Source of the DNA: Candidatus Latescibacterota bacterium
GTDB taxonomy: Bacteria; Latescibacterota; UBA2968
Assembly: GCA_965222605.1 (NCBI GenBank)
Contig: OZ244960.1
Coordinates: 3,264,001-3,328,000 of the forward strand
DNA length: 64,000 nucleotides
Direction of reading: 5' to 3'
Shown here: in pieces, positions 51,313 through 61,137 of the stretch
Position numbering within the stretch: position 1 is the stretch's first letter
How the letters are laid out: each line of letters starts with the position of its first letter
Translations under genes and position numbers: made by a program
The notes under the pieces: generated by a model
The model's input: the letters and a program-made list of their open reading frames with translations, nothing else
What the model was told of the DNA's origin: nothing
The model's database searches: none

Positions 51313-52664
51313 TAGCCTTCCTTTTCAATCTCGGTGAGGTTCTCGCGCAAAATAGGCCCAAAATCCATTTTTGACGAACACGAAAATGTGCATAGTGATA
51401 GGTCTTCTTCATCCAATTCCAGAATGCCGAGTTTTTCGGCGTCGTCGAGGTCGCGGGTGACGAGTGCCCGAATCAAAAAGTTGGGCAAAATGTCCAGCGG
51501 CATCACCTCGTCGTAATTGCCATGCGGCACGAGTGCGCGGTGACTTCCATTTATGGAGGTGTTTAATTTGAGGCGTTGGCCGAAGAACAATTTGGACAGG
51601 GCCAGGTTTTTTATGGTGAAAAATTCTAAGCCCGGCGTGATCCAGCCCAAAAAGGCGCGTTTGTTGCCTTCTTCAAGTGCGGTAATTTGCTGGTGATATC
51701 GCCCCAAAAAGGCGCGGACTTCGTCTGCTTTGCGCCCGGAGAGAACAGAGCCGCTGATGATCCGGTTTTCGACGTTTTCGAGTTCGCCTTCTACGAGATC
51801 CATTATTGAAGCACCCATCCGCGTGCGGATCAATTTGGGGTGTTTCACGGTGGGACCGCTCAGGGATACCACGCGCTCGGTCATAATACGCCCGGTTGTG
51901 AACAGATGTCCATAGGCAATTACATCCTGAAGTCCGATGTGCCAGACTGTTTTGTTGCGGTGAACGGGATCTAAGAAGTGGATGTGTGTACCGACCAATC
52001 CGGCGGGATGGGGACCGGAAAATTCTTCGACCTGTACGCTGTCATCATCGATTTCAGGCAGATCCAATTCCGGGTCTCTACAGAGAAAAACCGTCCCATC
52101 CACGAGTTTTGAGACAATTTTGAGACCCAATGCGAATTTTTTTTCCTGCCCGGCTAATACACGCGCCATGTCCGGGGATAGGGGATTGGTGTCCATCGCG
52201 TTGACAAAGATGGATTGTGCCTCAGTCGCGGGGTCGGCTACTTTGCTAAATGGCCGCGCTCTCAGGGCGGTCCATTGTCCCGATGCGATGAGTTGTTCTT
52301 TGACTGTTTCCCGATCAAGGTTGTCGATTTCATCTTCTCGATGGGATGCAAAGGTGATTTCATCATTGCCTTCCAACCGGATTACCATGGATAAAAAGGC
52401 GCGTTTTATTCCCCGGTTTATGGAGATTACCTCGCCTGCGCCGGGTGAGGTATAAAGAACACCTTCCATTTTTTTGTCGGTGAACAACACATCGCCGAGT
52501 TTGACGCGGTCTCCCACTTGAGCCACGATTGTGGGACGCATGCCCACATAATCTTCACCTAAAAGTGCTACGGTCTGGACTGGCTTGCCATTTTGTACTG
52601 TGGATTGATCGGGTACGCCGCTAATGGGAAGGTCGAGTCCTTGTTTAATTTTTGTCAATGCCAT
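51312..52664 (-). CDS. nqrA: Na+-NQR subunit A
   Basis: [22 protein letters not shown] and [10 protein letters not shown]. Confidence 0.96.
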   Translation of the reverse strand: MALTKIKQGLDLPISGVPDQSTVQNGKPVQTVALLGEDYVGMRPTIVAQVGDRVKLGDVLFTDKKMEGVLYTSPGAGEVISINRGIKRAFLSMVIRLEGNDEITFASHREDEIDNLDRETVKEQLIASGQWTALRARPFSKVADPATEAQSIFVNAMDTNPLSPDMARVLAGQEKKFALGLKIVSKLVDGTVFLCRDPELDLPEIDDDSVQVEEFSGPHPAGLVGTHIHFLDPVHRNKTVWHIGLQDVIAYGHLFTTGRIMTERVVSLSGPTVKHPKLIRTRMGASIMDLVEGELENVENRIISGSVLSGRKADEVRAFLGRYHQQITALEEGNKRAFLGWITPGLEFFTIKNLALSKLFFGQRLKLNTSINGSHRALVPHGNYDEVMPLDILPNFLIRALVTRDLDDAEKLGILELDEEDLSLCTFSCSSKMDFGPILRENLTEIEKEG

Positions 52665-52683
52665 TATGGTCCTCAATTTTTTC

Positions 52684-52892
52684 CAATAAAAAAAGCAACC
52701 ACAACTGTCAAAGGGCCTTAATGAACAAGGGGGAGACAGACAGTGCAGTTGCTATTTTGTAGGTGCTATGAGCACCTACGTGCATTGGAAACGAATCCAT
52801 CGTAATCCAGATAAAGAACAGATGTGTTGTTCAAAAATGCAATAGTTTTCTTGTTTCAGAATTAATCTATTATAAGCGTTTTTAATTGTCAA
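52684..52892 (-). promoter_or_regulatory. nqr promoter with structured ~190-nt leader ending in a terminator-like hairpin
   Basis: TTGACA-N17-TAGATT (52892-52864); perfect hairpin GTAGGTGCT-cat-AGCACCTAC; AGCAAC..CTGTC/GACAG..GTTGCT stem plus T7 just before the RBS. Confidence 0.55.
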
Positions 52893-53065
52893 GGAAAAGG
52901 CGTTGTGTTAGAAAAAATAAATATAGATCGGGGTTCTCATATTTTGCAAAGAGCAATTTGCGCTTGTGCAAATGGAGCGAGTAGGGTATGCATGACACCA
53001 ATGCCATCGAAATCCATAGCTCGGAGAGGACGGTCCTGGCTAACGATCCTGAAAAAACTCATTCC

Positions 53066-53094
53066 TTGACAATAAAGCGATTTTTTAATAGAAT
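53066..53094 (+). promoter_or_regulatory. Promoter of the vapBC-type module
   Basis: TTGACA-N17-TAGAAT. Confidence 0.7.
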
Positions 53095-53141
53095 TTGAAT
53101 ATAGTCACAAATATGGTCATAATTTTTGAAAAGGAGTAAAA

Positions 53142-53375
53142 ATGTCTTCAATTTCTAAAAGTAAATTGAAAGCCAATATGCTTCGTATCTTTCGTCATAT
53201 TGAAAATACTGGCGAAGAAATGATTGTCACAGATCACAATCGTCCCGTTTTACGCATTCAGTCTATTGTACAAAAAAAGACAGTGGAAGAGGTGTTCGGT
53301 AACGTTCAGGGCAAAGTCATCTACCGCGAAGACATCAATACACCGACCACCGACGAGTGGAAAGATCTGTCGTGA
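53142..53375 (+). CDS. Phd/YefM-family antitoxin
   Basis: ISKSKLKANM...TGEEMIVTDHNRPVLRI; AAGGAG RBS. Confidence 0.85.
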   Translation: MSSISKSKLKANMLRIFRHIENTGEEMIVTDHNRPVLRIQSIVQKKTVEEVFGNVQGKVIYREDINTPTTDEWKDLS

Positions 53376-53752
53376 TCGTTCTGGACACTTCGGCTCTCAT
53401 ATTCTGGACTCTGGATCGAGAGCGACTATCTCAAATCGCGGCACAAGCGATCTCAGACGCCGACCATATTGCCATCAGTTCTATCTCTATATGGGAAATC
53501 GGCATAAAAGTTAAAAAACAAAAACTCATTATACCGATTTCTATCCGGGAATTTACGGATAAACTGAAAGCAATAGACCGCTTCGATATTCTGCCTGTAG
53601 ATGCCCAGACCTGGATCAAAAACCTCGAACTCAACTGGGATCATGGCGACCCTGCTGATCGCACAATTGTTGCGACTGCCAGTCTGCACGCTTGCCCACT
53701 TGTCACTTCAGATTCTGCTATCCGCGCATTTTATTCACAGACAATCTGGTAA
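53372..53752 (+). CDS. VapC PIN-domain toxin
   Basis: VLDTSAL, SSISIWEI, HGDPADRTIVATA and LVTSD; GTGA overlap with the antitoxin. Confidence 0.9.
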   Translation: MIVLDTSALIFWTLDRERLSQIAAQAISDADHIAISSISIWEIGIKVKKQKLIIPISIREFTDKLKAIDRFDILPVDAQTWIKNLELNWDHGDPADRTIVATASLHACPLVTSDSAIRAFYSQTIW

Positions 53753-53828
53753 GCTCGATCTTCCTTATAGCAAGAGCCTGATCTGGAAAGGGCGATTCCT
53801 CGAAAACTTTTACAGAAATGGATTTGAC

Positions 53829-56159
53829 GTGAGATATTTGATACTGAATTTGTGGATTATTTTGCTTCTGTCATCCGCGGGATGGGCGAGTTCCGAGGTC
53901 GAGGTTTTGGAAGCCGCGGTGAAAGCTGCGCCAAAAGATGGCGATGCATGGGTTGTGTTGGGCGATGTGTATCTCAATGCGGGGGAGATCGAGAAGGCCG
54001 ATAGTGCGTTTCGCAAAGGTATTCGGTATGCAGGGTCGGCAGAGGCTTATGTGGGGTTGGGACGGGTGTATATGGCGAGGGGACCAAGGCGGGCGCGACA
54101 GGGGTTGCCGTATTTTCGGATGGCGCGGGCAAAGGATCCGAAGTCGATAGATGCCGAGTTGTATCTGGCGCGGGCAAAGGTGATGCTGCGCGATCTGGAT
54201 GCTGAGGATGCGTTTCGCCGCGTGATTGCAATGGCGCCAGATAACGCACCTGTGTATTTGGAATTGGCCGATTGGTATGTCAATCACAATTTTGAAATGT
54301 ATTATGGCGAGATTCGCCTGCTGTACGAAAAGTATCTGAGGCTGAGGCCGGGTGATGTCGAGGCGCTCTACGGATTGGCGGTGTCTCATACTGAGGAGCA
54401 CAATTACCAGTCTGTCGTTGGGATTGGCGAGATGGCGTTGGCGAAAAATCCAGGCGAGGCGCGATTGTTGGCGTTGCTTGCACAAGCTCACGCAGGTCTG
54501 GGCGATCCGGATCGGGCACTGGAGTTATTCGCGCAATATTTCGATGCGATCCCGGCAGCAGAACGGGCGCTTTACAAAGATTTGCAGTTGGTGGCAAGGC
54601 CGGAGGAGTTGAAGGTATATGAATCGCTGGCAGAAGAAGAACGCGCAGCGTTTTTGGCGACGTTTTGGCGCAAGCGCGATTTGACGCTGGTGTCGGGTGG
54701 TCTTGCGCGAGAGGCAGAACACTATCGTCGGGTGTGGTTCGCAAGGACGCATTTTGCAAAAGCTGTGCAGCCGTGGGACCGGCGTGGCGAGGTGTATATT
54801 CGGTATGGGGAGCCGGATTATCGGTCGCGTTCGCACGCGCCCAATGCGGTGCCGAGTGCTGAGGCTGAGGCGGTGAAGGAGAGGTTGGCTCTGGATATTG
54901 TGGGGGGTTTTGTGGCGTCGGGTGAAATGACTGAGGAATCGTTTTTTGGCGGTGTGGATGATGAGCAGGCGGTTGGGGATTACGAGGGTGTTAATCTGGT
55001 TGAACCGGTTTATCCCGTGACGTTTAACGAGCGGTCGGTGCCGTGGGAGTCGTGGATTTACACGCAGGTTGGCGGCGGTGTGGAGTTTGTTTTTGTAGAT
55101 GAGTTGCTCAATGGCAAGTGGCAGTTTCCCTCGCTGCCAGATGGTTCGCGCATGTCGGGTGAGCGGTTGTCCGCGCTTTTGCAATACCATCCGGGCGCGG
55201 TGTTGAACGATGTGGTGGCTTCCACGCCGGAATATTTTGATTTGCCGCCGGGGATTGAACCGTTGGAGTTTTATTACGATGTGGCGCGTTTTAGAGGAAA
55301 AGAGGGTAAGACCGGGGTCGAGGTGTATTACGGCGTGCCGACTCTGGAGGTGGGTATTGAAAATGAGAATGGGCATGTGCGCCGTTCGGTGGTGATTTCA
55401 GACGATGAGGGCGAGGAGGTGTTTCGGACTCGGGATGATTTGCATTTTGGGGGTATTGATGCCAAGCAGTTGAAGAAGGGGACATTTGTGCCCGATATGG
55501 CTTATCTGGAAGTGCCACCTGGCACGTATCGCATGGCGGTGCATTTGACCGATGTGCATTCGGGTAAGTGGGGGGTTTATGTGCAGGATTTGGTAGCGCG
55601 GGCATTTTCCGATTCACTGGCGATGAGCGATCTGGAATTGGCGTGGTCCATTGGCGAGGAGGAGGAGTTTCACGACAAATACCGCAAGGGCGATGTGTGG
55701 GTGATGCCCATGCCGTCGCGCAGCTTTGTAAATGATCGCAGTGTGTTCGTTTATTATGAGATTTACAATTTGCAACGCGATGAATTTGGGCAGACGCGAT
55801 ACAAAGTGTCCTATACGATTCAGCAGGATGTGCGATCGGGTTCTTCGATTTTTGGGTTGTTGAGTGGGGGATTTAAAAAATTGATGGCCAGGGGTAAAAA
55901 GCCACAGGTGGCGGTGAGTTATGAGCATGTGGGACGAGATGTGTGGGAGCCGATCCATCTGGAGTTGGACTCAAAAAAGATGATACTGGGCCTCAATCAG
56001 GTTGAGATTGAAGTGGCGGATTTGTTGAGTGGTCAATCTGTGAAACGCGAGGCTATTTTCAGATTGGAGCCGCAGATAGCCGAAAGACAACGGCAAAATC
56101 AGGGGAATGATGTGCGACAGAATAGGCGCGAGAGGCGGGATGGTGAACGAAGTCGGTGA
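53829..56159 (+). CDS. Exported TPR + GWxTD-domain protein (paralogue 2)
   Basis: Signal peptide, TPRs, FWRKRD...EHYRRVWFA...PWDRRGEVYIRYGEPD, YYEIYNL. Confidence 0.85.
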   Translation: MRYLILNLWIILLLSSAGWASSEVEVLEAAVKAAPKDGDAWVVLGDVYLNAGEIEKADSAFRKGIRYAGSAEAYVGLGRVYMARGPRRARQGLPYFRMARAKDPKSIDAELYLARAKVMLRDLDAEDAFRRVIAMAPDNAPVYLELADWYVNHNFEMYYGEIRLLYEKYLRLRPGDVEALYGLAVSHTEEHNYQSVVGIGEMALAKNPGEARLLALLAQAHAGLGDPDRALELFAQYFDAIPAAERALYKDLQLVARPEELKVYESLAEEERAAFLATFWRKRDLTLVSGGLAREAEHYRRVWFARTHFAKAVQPWDRRGEVYIRYGEPDYRSRSHAPNAVPSAEAEAVKERLALDIVGGFVASGEMTEESFFGGVDDEQAVGDYEGVNLVEPVYPVTFNERSVPWESWIYTQVGGGVEFVFVDELLNGKWQFPSLPDGSRMSGERLSALLQYHPGAVLNDVVASTPEYFDLPPGIEPLEFYYDVARFRGKEGKTGVEVYYGVPTLEVGIENENGHVRRSVVISDDEGEEVFRTRDDLHFGGIDAKQLKKGTFVPDMAYLEVPPGTYRMAVHLTDVHSGKWGVYVQDLVARAFSDSLAMSDLELAWSIGEEEEFHDKYRKGDVWVMPMPSRSFVNDRSVFVYYEIYNLQRDEFGQTRYKVSYTIQQDVRSGSSIFGLLSGGFKKLMARGKKPQVAVSYEHVGRDVWEPIHLELDSKKMILGLNQVEIEVADLLSGQSVKREAIFRLEPQIAERQRQNQGNDVRQNRRERRDGERSR

Positions 56160-56232
56160 GAGGTGTTGTTGTATCGGTGGTGAGTTTCAGAGAAAACAGA
56201 AGAGGCGATCATGTAACTATAATCGCCTTTTT

Positions 56233-57474
56233 TTATGCGCCGGGTGGTGTCCATCCCAGATCACCGAACCGTCGGGAGGTAAGAGCGCGAATTTCATGGG
56301 CTCGGGCGAGGGTTTCGTCGAGTTCTTCCTGAAGGGATTCGGGACGATAGACTTTGCCAGCCCGGATGGTGAGTACGGGATGGATGTTTTTGCAGCCGAT
56401 TTCCAAATTGTCTCTGACGTCGCGGAATCGGAATTCGCCTTCGCGGATTTCAAAGGCCGATAGGTCTGCGACGGTGCCGATTTTGAGGGTGCCCAGATGG
56501 TCGCTTCTGCCAATGGCGGCTGCAGCTGCGGTGGTGGTTTGGCGGACGATGTCGGGGAGTTCGATACCCAGATTAAGCAGTTTGGAGGCAGTTTCTGGGA
56601 GACTGTAAACGGGATCGTTGATTGAACCGGAGTGGATGTCGGTGCTGATGACATCGGGGAGAAAGTCCTGGGCGAGGGCTTTTTGGGCGGTTTCAAAAAG
56701 GAAACTGCCGCCGCCATGGCCGACGTCGAAGAGAATTCCTTGCTGGCGGGCATAGTGGACTTCGGGACGGATGTTGTGCTGGCGGTTTAAAATGGTGTCG
56801 CCAATGGTGGCGTCTCCGTCTCCGCGATAGCAGTGGGTGACGATGTCGCCTGGGCGCAGTTCGGCCAGGATGTCGGAGAGGGCGACGCCAGCGCCCATGT
56901 GGACCATGACGGGTGTGTGGGTCATGTCGGCGGCCTGAACGGCTAACTGTAAGGGGACGACACCGTTTTCTCCGGTGATGGTTTTGCTGATGCGTACTTT
57001 GACGCCTACGCAGGTTTCGGGCCAGGTGTGGACGACGTAGGCGGTGCGTTCGGGGTCGGCATATTTGATGTCGGTCATTTCTCCGATGGGGCCGTAGGTT
57101 AGACCGATGCCGCTGATGTGGACAAAGGTAAGAATCTGGGTGCGGGCGGGGGTGGCGATGAAGTCGCGGAAGGCGAGGAAATTGGCCCAGCCGGGACTGC
57201 CGGCGTCAACGATGGTGGTGACGCCGGTGGCGAGACAGAGGGCATCGGCTTGAATGCCCCAGGTGGTAGCGCCAGCAAAGACGTGGGCATGGATATCAAT
57301 CCAGCCGGGGGTGAGGATTTTGCCAGTAAGGTCCAGGGTTTCTTTGGCGGAATCGGTGATGGATTCGGAAAGGGCGGTAATAGTGGCGTTTTGGATAGCG
57401 ACATCGTGGATGGTGTTGAGGTTTTGGGAGGGATCAATGACGGTGGCGTTTTTCAGGAGGAGGTCGTAGGGCAT
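56233..57474 (-). CDS. Amidohydrolase/deacetylase family metallohydrolase (dihydroorotase-like)
   Basis: DIHAH, GVKVR, MVH, THC, DVGHGGGSF and ISTDIH. Confidence 0.88.
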   Translation of the reverse strand: MPYDLLLKNATVIDPSQNLNTIHDVAIQNATITALSESITDSAKETLDLTGKILTPGWIDIHAHVFAGATTWGIQADALCLATGVTTIVDAGSPGWANFLAFRDFIATPARTQILTFVHISGIGLTYGPIGEMTDIKYADPERTAYVVHTWPETCVGVKVRISKTITGENGVVPLQLAVQAADMTHTPVMVHMGAGVALSDILAELRPGDIVTHCYRGDGDATIGDTILNRQHNIRPEVHYARQQGILFDVGHGGGSFLFETAQKALAQDFLPDVISTDIHSGSINDPVYSLPETASKLLNLGIELPDIVRQTTTAAAAAIGRSDHLGTLKIGTVADLSAFEIREGEFRFRDVRDNLEIGCKNIHPVLTIRAGKVYRPESLQEELDETLARAHEIRALTSRRFGDLGWTPPGA

Positions 57475-57505
57475 TGGGAGTCTCCTTTTTCTTAAAAAAT
57501 TGTGT

Positions 57506-58420
57506 TTATCCCCTGCGGTCGCTCCAGATATTATGGGCATCAATGGGTTCTTCTGTGTGGACAGTGCCCTGTTCATCGATGCCCAGGACAGGTAGCTCCT
57601 CGTGATAGTTGGCATAGGGTCCCCACATGACGGCGCGTTGTTCAGGTGTCATGCCGTCGATGTGTGACCGGTCCCAATAATTTTCGGGGGGTGCAACTTC
57701 CTCTGCGGTTCCCTGTCGGGCAGAAGTTCTGCCCGTGTATTTGTAGAGAATGGATCGGCGCTGGTGTTCTGCTTGCCAGGGCAAGGTGCCGTGCGTTTGC
57801 GCGCCGTCCATGAAAAAGAGGACATCTCCCGCTTTCATAGCGGGTTGAACGAGTACGTCCATGTCGCTTTTGAAGTATTTGAGATCTTCGGGCATGACGT
57901 ATTTGGATTTGTGAGATCCCGGTACAGCGACAAATCCGCCATCGCCTTTGCCGATGTCTGATAGTTGCCAGGAGACTGTGACGCCGCCGCAGTGCATTTC
58001 GCCATTTTGATTGCGATAGGCCACGTAAGGTTTGTGGCGGTCGCCCGATCCGTGCAGCCGGAGACCATCTACGCCTTTGATATGACCGATTAACTCGGGA
58101 CCGTGATCCAGTCGAAAGCCGCGACCACACATTTTGTTGAGGCGAGATACGATCTGGGGATGGACGAGCAATTTTCTGAAGGGATCGGCATACGGTGGGG
58201 GCATTTTCAGGAAATAGGGGTGCTGGTTGCTGGTTCTGACGACTGTATTTGCCTGAACATCTGGTCTTCCGGGCAGGTCGTCAGAGTCCTGGATTTTCAA
58301 AATTTCCCGGGTGTAATAATCGATGGCTTCATTTGCTTCCGCGACTTCATCGGGGCTGAGTACTTGAGGCACAACGAGATGCCCGGTGAGGTCCCAGAAG
58401 TATCTTTCTTTTGCGTCCAT
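57506..58420 (-). CDS. PhyH-family Fe(II)/2OG dioxygenase-like protein
   Basis: GGFVAVPGSHK, KAGDVLFF, THGTLPW and RRSILYKY. Confidence 0.85.
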   Translation of the reverse strand: MDAKERYFWDLTGHLVVPQVLSPDEVAEANEAIDYYTREILKIQDSDDLPGRPDVQANTVVRTSNQHPYFLKMPPPYADPFRKLLVHPQIVSRLNKMCGRGFRLDHGPELIGHIKGVDGLRLHGSGDRHKPYVAYRNQNGEMHCGGVTVSWQLSDIGKGDGGFVAVPGSHKSKYVMPEDLKYFKSDMDVLVQPAMKAGDVLFFMDGAQTHGTLPWQAEHQRRSILYKYTGRTSARQGTAEEVAPPENYWDRSHIDGMTPEQRAVMWGPYANYHEELPVLGIDEQGTVHTEEPIDAHNIWSDRRG

Positions 58421-58438
58421 TGCGGAATTCCTCGCGTT

Positions 58439-60112
58439 TTACGCCGGTGCCCAGGCGCGGGGTGCAATGCCTTCGATGTGTGTTTTGACATCGATGATGG
58501 CGGGTTTGTTAGAGGCAAGTGCTTGATCTAAGGCACCTGATAGTTCGCTGGGATGATTTACCGTGGCGCCAAAGCAGTCCATGGATTGCGCGATTTTTGC
58601 AAAGTCGGCGTCGGTGAGTATCCAGAGTTCATCGGATCCAGGGGTTTGTGCGCCATAGGTTCGCTCGTTGACGGATTTTTCCTGGTTGAGCGAGCGGTTG
58701 TTGTTTACGATGGTTACTGTGGGGATGTTGTATCGCAATGCGGTGTCGAGTTCGGTCATGTGATACCATATCCCACCGTCGCCAGTGAAGCAGATAACGG
58801 GGCGGTCGGGTTTGGCGCATTTGGCGCCAATGGCTGCGGGAAGACCCCAGCCGAGGGATCCGGCGCAGCGGATGAACATTTGATCGGGGTGTTTGAGGTC
58901 CATCATGGTGCCGGTCCATATCCCGGAATGACCCGTGTCAGAGACGAGGATGGCGTCTGAAGGGAGGAGGTCGGTGAGTTCTTTGCAAAGGCGTTCGGGA
59001 CGCATGGGGTTGTCGTCTGAGTTGACGAGTGGGGCGACTTCGTTGCGCCATTCGCGGACGAGGTCCTGGGCGCGGTTGATCCATTCAGCGCGCTCTGCAA
59101 CGGGGTCGGCATTGTCGATCATTTTGCGCAGTGATGCCTGAACATCGCCTTGCAGGCCGAGTGATAGTGGGAAAGAACGCCCCAGTTCAGAGGGGTTGAT
59201 GTCGAGCTGGATGACGGGCGTACCTTTGGGCGGAATTTTCCATTCGTTGGTGACCTGTCCACCCGCGTGACTGCCGATAAAGAAGACGAGGTCGGCTTCG
59301 CAGACGATTTTGTTGGCGCAGGCGCGGGAGTATTGGCCGCATACGCCAATGGCGAGCGGATGGTCGTAGGGAAAGGTTTCTTTGGCGTTGAGGGAGGTGG
59401 CGACGGGAATGGATAATTTTTCGGCGAGTTCGACGAGTTCGGCACCTGCTTCGGAATAGGTGACGCCTCCGCCGGCGATGATGACGGGGCGTTTTGCCTG
59501 GGTGAGCAATTTGATGGCTTCCCGCACACTTGATTGTTCTGGCTCTGGACGGAAGGGGGGCATGCGTGTGAATTGTTCTTCTATGATGACGTTCAGGTCC
59601 GCTTTCGCTTCTGCGATGTTTTGTCCGACAAAGCCATCAAAGTCGAGGTGAACGGGACCGGGTGTACCGGATACGGATTCTCGAAATGCCTGACGCATGA
59701 AGTAGGGCAGTTGATCGAGTTCGCTGACGTTAATACTGTATTTGGTGACCGCGCTAAAGGGTGCTTTGTGATCGACTTCTTGATAGGCGTGGCGCTGCTG
59801 GTTGATCTGGGTTTGGCGTCCGGTGATGGCGATGACTGGGGCGCAGGCGAGATAAGCGTCTTGCAGGCCAGCGGCGAGGTTGGCCGCGCCGACAGATTGG
59901 GCCATGCAGATGCCGGGACCCCGGTTGACGCGGGCGTACGCATCGGCCATGTAGGCAGCGGCTTTTTCGCCGTGTGTCATGATGCGTTCGATACCCAGGT
60001 TTTCCATTTCATATAGTGCTTTGGGTGCGATTACGGGCATGAAGAAGACATGTGTAATGCCATATCCTTTGAAGGTTTCAGCGATGAATCGGCCGCCGGT
60101 CATTTGGGGCAT
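58439..60112 (-). CDS. Thiamine-diphosphate-dependent enzyme (acetolactate synthase-like)
   Basis: HGEKAAAYMADAYAR, GPVHL and GDGG...NNN ThDP motif. Confidence 0.9.
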   Translation of the reverse strand: MPQMTGGRFIAETFKGYGITHVFFMPVIAPKALYEMENLGIERIMTHGEKAAAYMADAYARVNRGPGICMAQSVGAANLAAGLQDAYLACAPVIAITGRQTQINQQRHAYQEVDHKAPFSAVTKYSINVSELDQLPYFMRQAFRESVSGTPGPVHLDFDGFVGQNIAEAKADLNVIIEEQFTRMPPFRPEPEQSSVREAIKLLTQAKRPVIIAGGGVTYSEAGAELVELAEKLSIPVATSLNAKETFPYDHPLAIGVCGQYSRACANKIVCEADLVFFIGSHAGGQVTNEWKIPPKGTPVIQLDINPSELGRSFPLSLGLQGDVQASLRKMIDNADPVAERAEWINRAQDLVREWRNEVAPLVNSDDNPMRPERLCKELTDLLPSDAILVSDTGHSGIWTGTMMDLKHPDQMFIRCAGSLGWGLPAAIGAKCAKPDRPVICFTGDGGIWYHMTELDTALRYNIPTVTIVNNNRSLNQEKSVNERTYGAQTPGSDELWILTDADFAKIAQSMDCFGATVNHPSELSGALDQALASNKPAIIDVKTHIEGIAPRAWAPA

Positions 60113-60204
60113 GTTGTTCTCCTTTGGGCATGTTGTACTGGGATAACAGGTTATCGTTAGATAATGAACTTCAAAAATGTTTAAAATTCAAGACAAAAAA
60201 GAGG

Positions 60205-61137
60205 TCAGTGGTGTATCCGTTGTTTTGCAAGCGCGACTGCGCCGAGAAGTACGGAGCGGTTTTTGAGTTTGGCGGGTGCGATTCTGAGGTGTGGACGGTG
60301 AACTGGCATGAGGAATCGACGGGTTTCTCTTCGCAGCGGTTGAAAAAGTACGCGCCCGGCGTTTGATACGCCGCCTCCGATGACGATGACGTCGGGGGAG
60401 AATGCGTTTACAGCCATTGCCAGACCTTGCCCGAGGTCGGTGCAGATTTCATCGACGAGTGCTCTGGCATAAGGGTCTCCAGAACGCGCGGTGTCAAAAA
60501 GGGTTTTGGCTGTGATGGGGTTTGCGGTTCGCGCGATTGCGATGCCTTTGCGCGGATGTTTTTTTATTGCTGCTTTTGCGCGTCTGGCGATGGCAGTGCC
60601 CGAACATAGGGCTTCGAGGCAGCCGCGATTGCCGCAGTCGCATTGGGGTCCGTCGCGCAAGATAGGTACATGTCCGAGTTCGCCGGCATATCCGTTGCCA
60701 CCGCGGTAAATTTCGCCGTTGATGATGATGCCCCCACCAATACCGGTGCTGACGGTGTAGTAGATGATGTGGCGACTGTTTTTCCCCGCGCCAAAAGTAA
60801 ATTCTCCCAGCGCGCCCACGTTGGCATCGTTGTCAATTATTGCGGGTAAGCCGAGGTGTTGTTCGACAATTTTTGGCAGTGGGCAGTCGTTCCATCCAGC
60901 GACGTGGGTGGAGTTGACGATGCGCTGTGTGTCGAAGTTGACGGGACCGCCAAATCCAATGCCGCAGGCCAATACGGGTGATTGTGAGATCAGTGTTTTA
61001 CTTGCGGCGAGTATGCGGTCAATTCTTTTGTCGGCGTGGTCGTTTGTTTGGTGCTGGATGTGTTTGATGATGCGACCGTCGGGCGAGGCGAGGGCAAGGC
61101 CAAATTGGGAACCGCCGATGTCAATGGCGAGGATCAT
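60205..61137 (-). CDS. ROK-family sugar kinase
   Basis: AIDIGGS, DNDANVGALGE, STGIGGG and GELGH..CDCGNRGCLEA; start at MILAI. Confidence 0.92.
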   Translation of the reverse strand: MILAIDIGGSQFGLALASPDGRIIKHIQHQTNDHADKRIDRILAASKTLISQSPVLACGIGFGGPVNFDTQRIVNSTHVAGWNDCPLPKIVEQHLGLPAIIDNDANVGALGEFTFGAGKNSRHIIYYTVSTGIGGGIIINGEIYRGGNGYAGELGHVPILRDGPQCDCGNRGCLEALCSGTAIARRAKAAIKKHPRKGIAIARTANPITAKTLFDTARSGDPYARALVDEICTDLGQGLAMAVNAFSPDVIVIGGGVSNAGRVLFQPLRRETRRFLMPVHRPHLRIAPAKLKNRSVLLGAVALAKQRIHH

